A stretch of 64,000 nt of DNA from a virus (taxonomy: Duplodnaviria > Caudoviricetes): positions 10,780 through 74,779 of the IMG/VR virus record IMGVR_UViG_3300028832_000130. The stretch is one strand, 5' to 3'. Each line of letters starts with the position of its first letter. Position 1 is the stretch's first letter. Under the pieces are notes generated by a model. The model made no database searches. It saw only the letters and a list, made by a program, of their open reading frames with translations, and had not been told where the DNA came from. The position numbers and the translations under genes are program-made. Positions 63,696 through 64,000 of the stretch are shown piece by piece.

Positions 63696-63825
63696 AACGC
63701 TTTATTTTGAAACTCGGTACAAAGATAATAAAATATAGTTTAACTACGAAATTATTTAAGAAATGTTATGCATTAAGGCTAAAGTTTTAATATTTCTTAA
63801 ATATAGCACAAAAACATAATTTTTA

Positions 63826-63857
63826 TTTGGAAGTTTAGCATTGATGCTATATCTTTG
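63826..63857 (+). promoter_or_regulatory. Rightward promoter with palindromic operator
   Basis: TTTG-N20-TATCTTTG; TAGCAT-TG-ATGCTA palindrome (63836-63849) in the spacer. Confidence 0.7.
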
Positions 63858-63959
63858 CAGCAGAAAGGTAACGAGTTGTGAGTATCCTAGAAAGCAACGA
63901 CCCACATTAGAGGTAGGTTCTTTGACAGACTGGCACAAAAATAGGAGAGGACAGAAAGA

Positions 63960-64000
63960 ATGGCGAGCCAAACTGCCGAGACCCATTCTGAGGCTGTTGA
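63960..64000 (+). CDS. Start of an ORF running off the right edge
   Basis: ATG GCG AGC CAA ACT... after the promoter; only 13 codons visible. Confidence 0.3.
   Translation, partial: MASQTAETHSEAV

Noticed and set aside
1-64000. CRISPR array, DGR/retron reverse transcriptase, IS transposase, integrase
   Set aside because: No regularly spaced repeats, no YxDD RT motif, no DDE or tyrosine/serine recombinase motifs seen; an integrase may lie outside the window
1-64000. Stop-codon reassignment
   Set aside because: The standard code gives long, tightly packed ORFs including a 5178-aa gene; TAG, TGA and TAA all act as stops

Overview
Nearly the whole genome of a temperate, short-tailed (P22-like podovirus-type) Bacteroidetes phage or prophage, probably infecting a Prevotella-like host (TAnnTTTG promoters and A-rich, SD-less start contexts; the host is an inference). 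Layout: truncated CI-like repressor and divergent early operon (antirepressor, excisionase-like HTH, structured-RNA cluster, NinG, AAA ATPase, RecT, MBL nuclease, NinB, SSB-like, replication genes, many small accessory ORFs, two homing endonucleases; 1-19.7 kb); a reverse-strand six-gene cassette of unknown function with its own HTH regulator and a divergent ncRNA (19.7-23.3 kb); four late operons (scaffold/capsid; portal-adaptors-rhomboid protease-terminase-tail hub; Ig-like/tail fibre; ejection/lysis/5178-aa polyvalent DarB-like protein) that share one promoter motif; and a membrane moron plus XRE regulator at the right end. No integrase, tape measure, classical prohead protease, CRISPR array or reverse transcriptase was recognised. 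Best leads: (1) a rhomboid intramembrane protease in the packaging operon paired with a major capsid protein that starts with a signal-peptide/TM segment; (2) hidden elements nested in the giant polyvalent gene (two +1-frame overprinted ORFs, and an antisense promoter with a structured RNA next to the nuclease domain); (3) a late promoter consensus; (4) the orphan cassette with its ncRNA; (5) a tRNA-mimic/pseudoknot RNA array. All family assignments are by-eye motif recognition; no searches were run.
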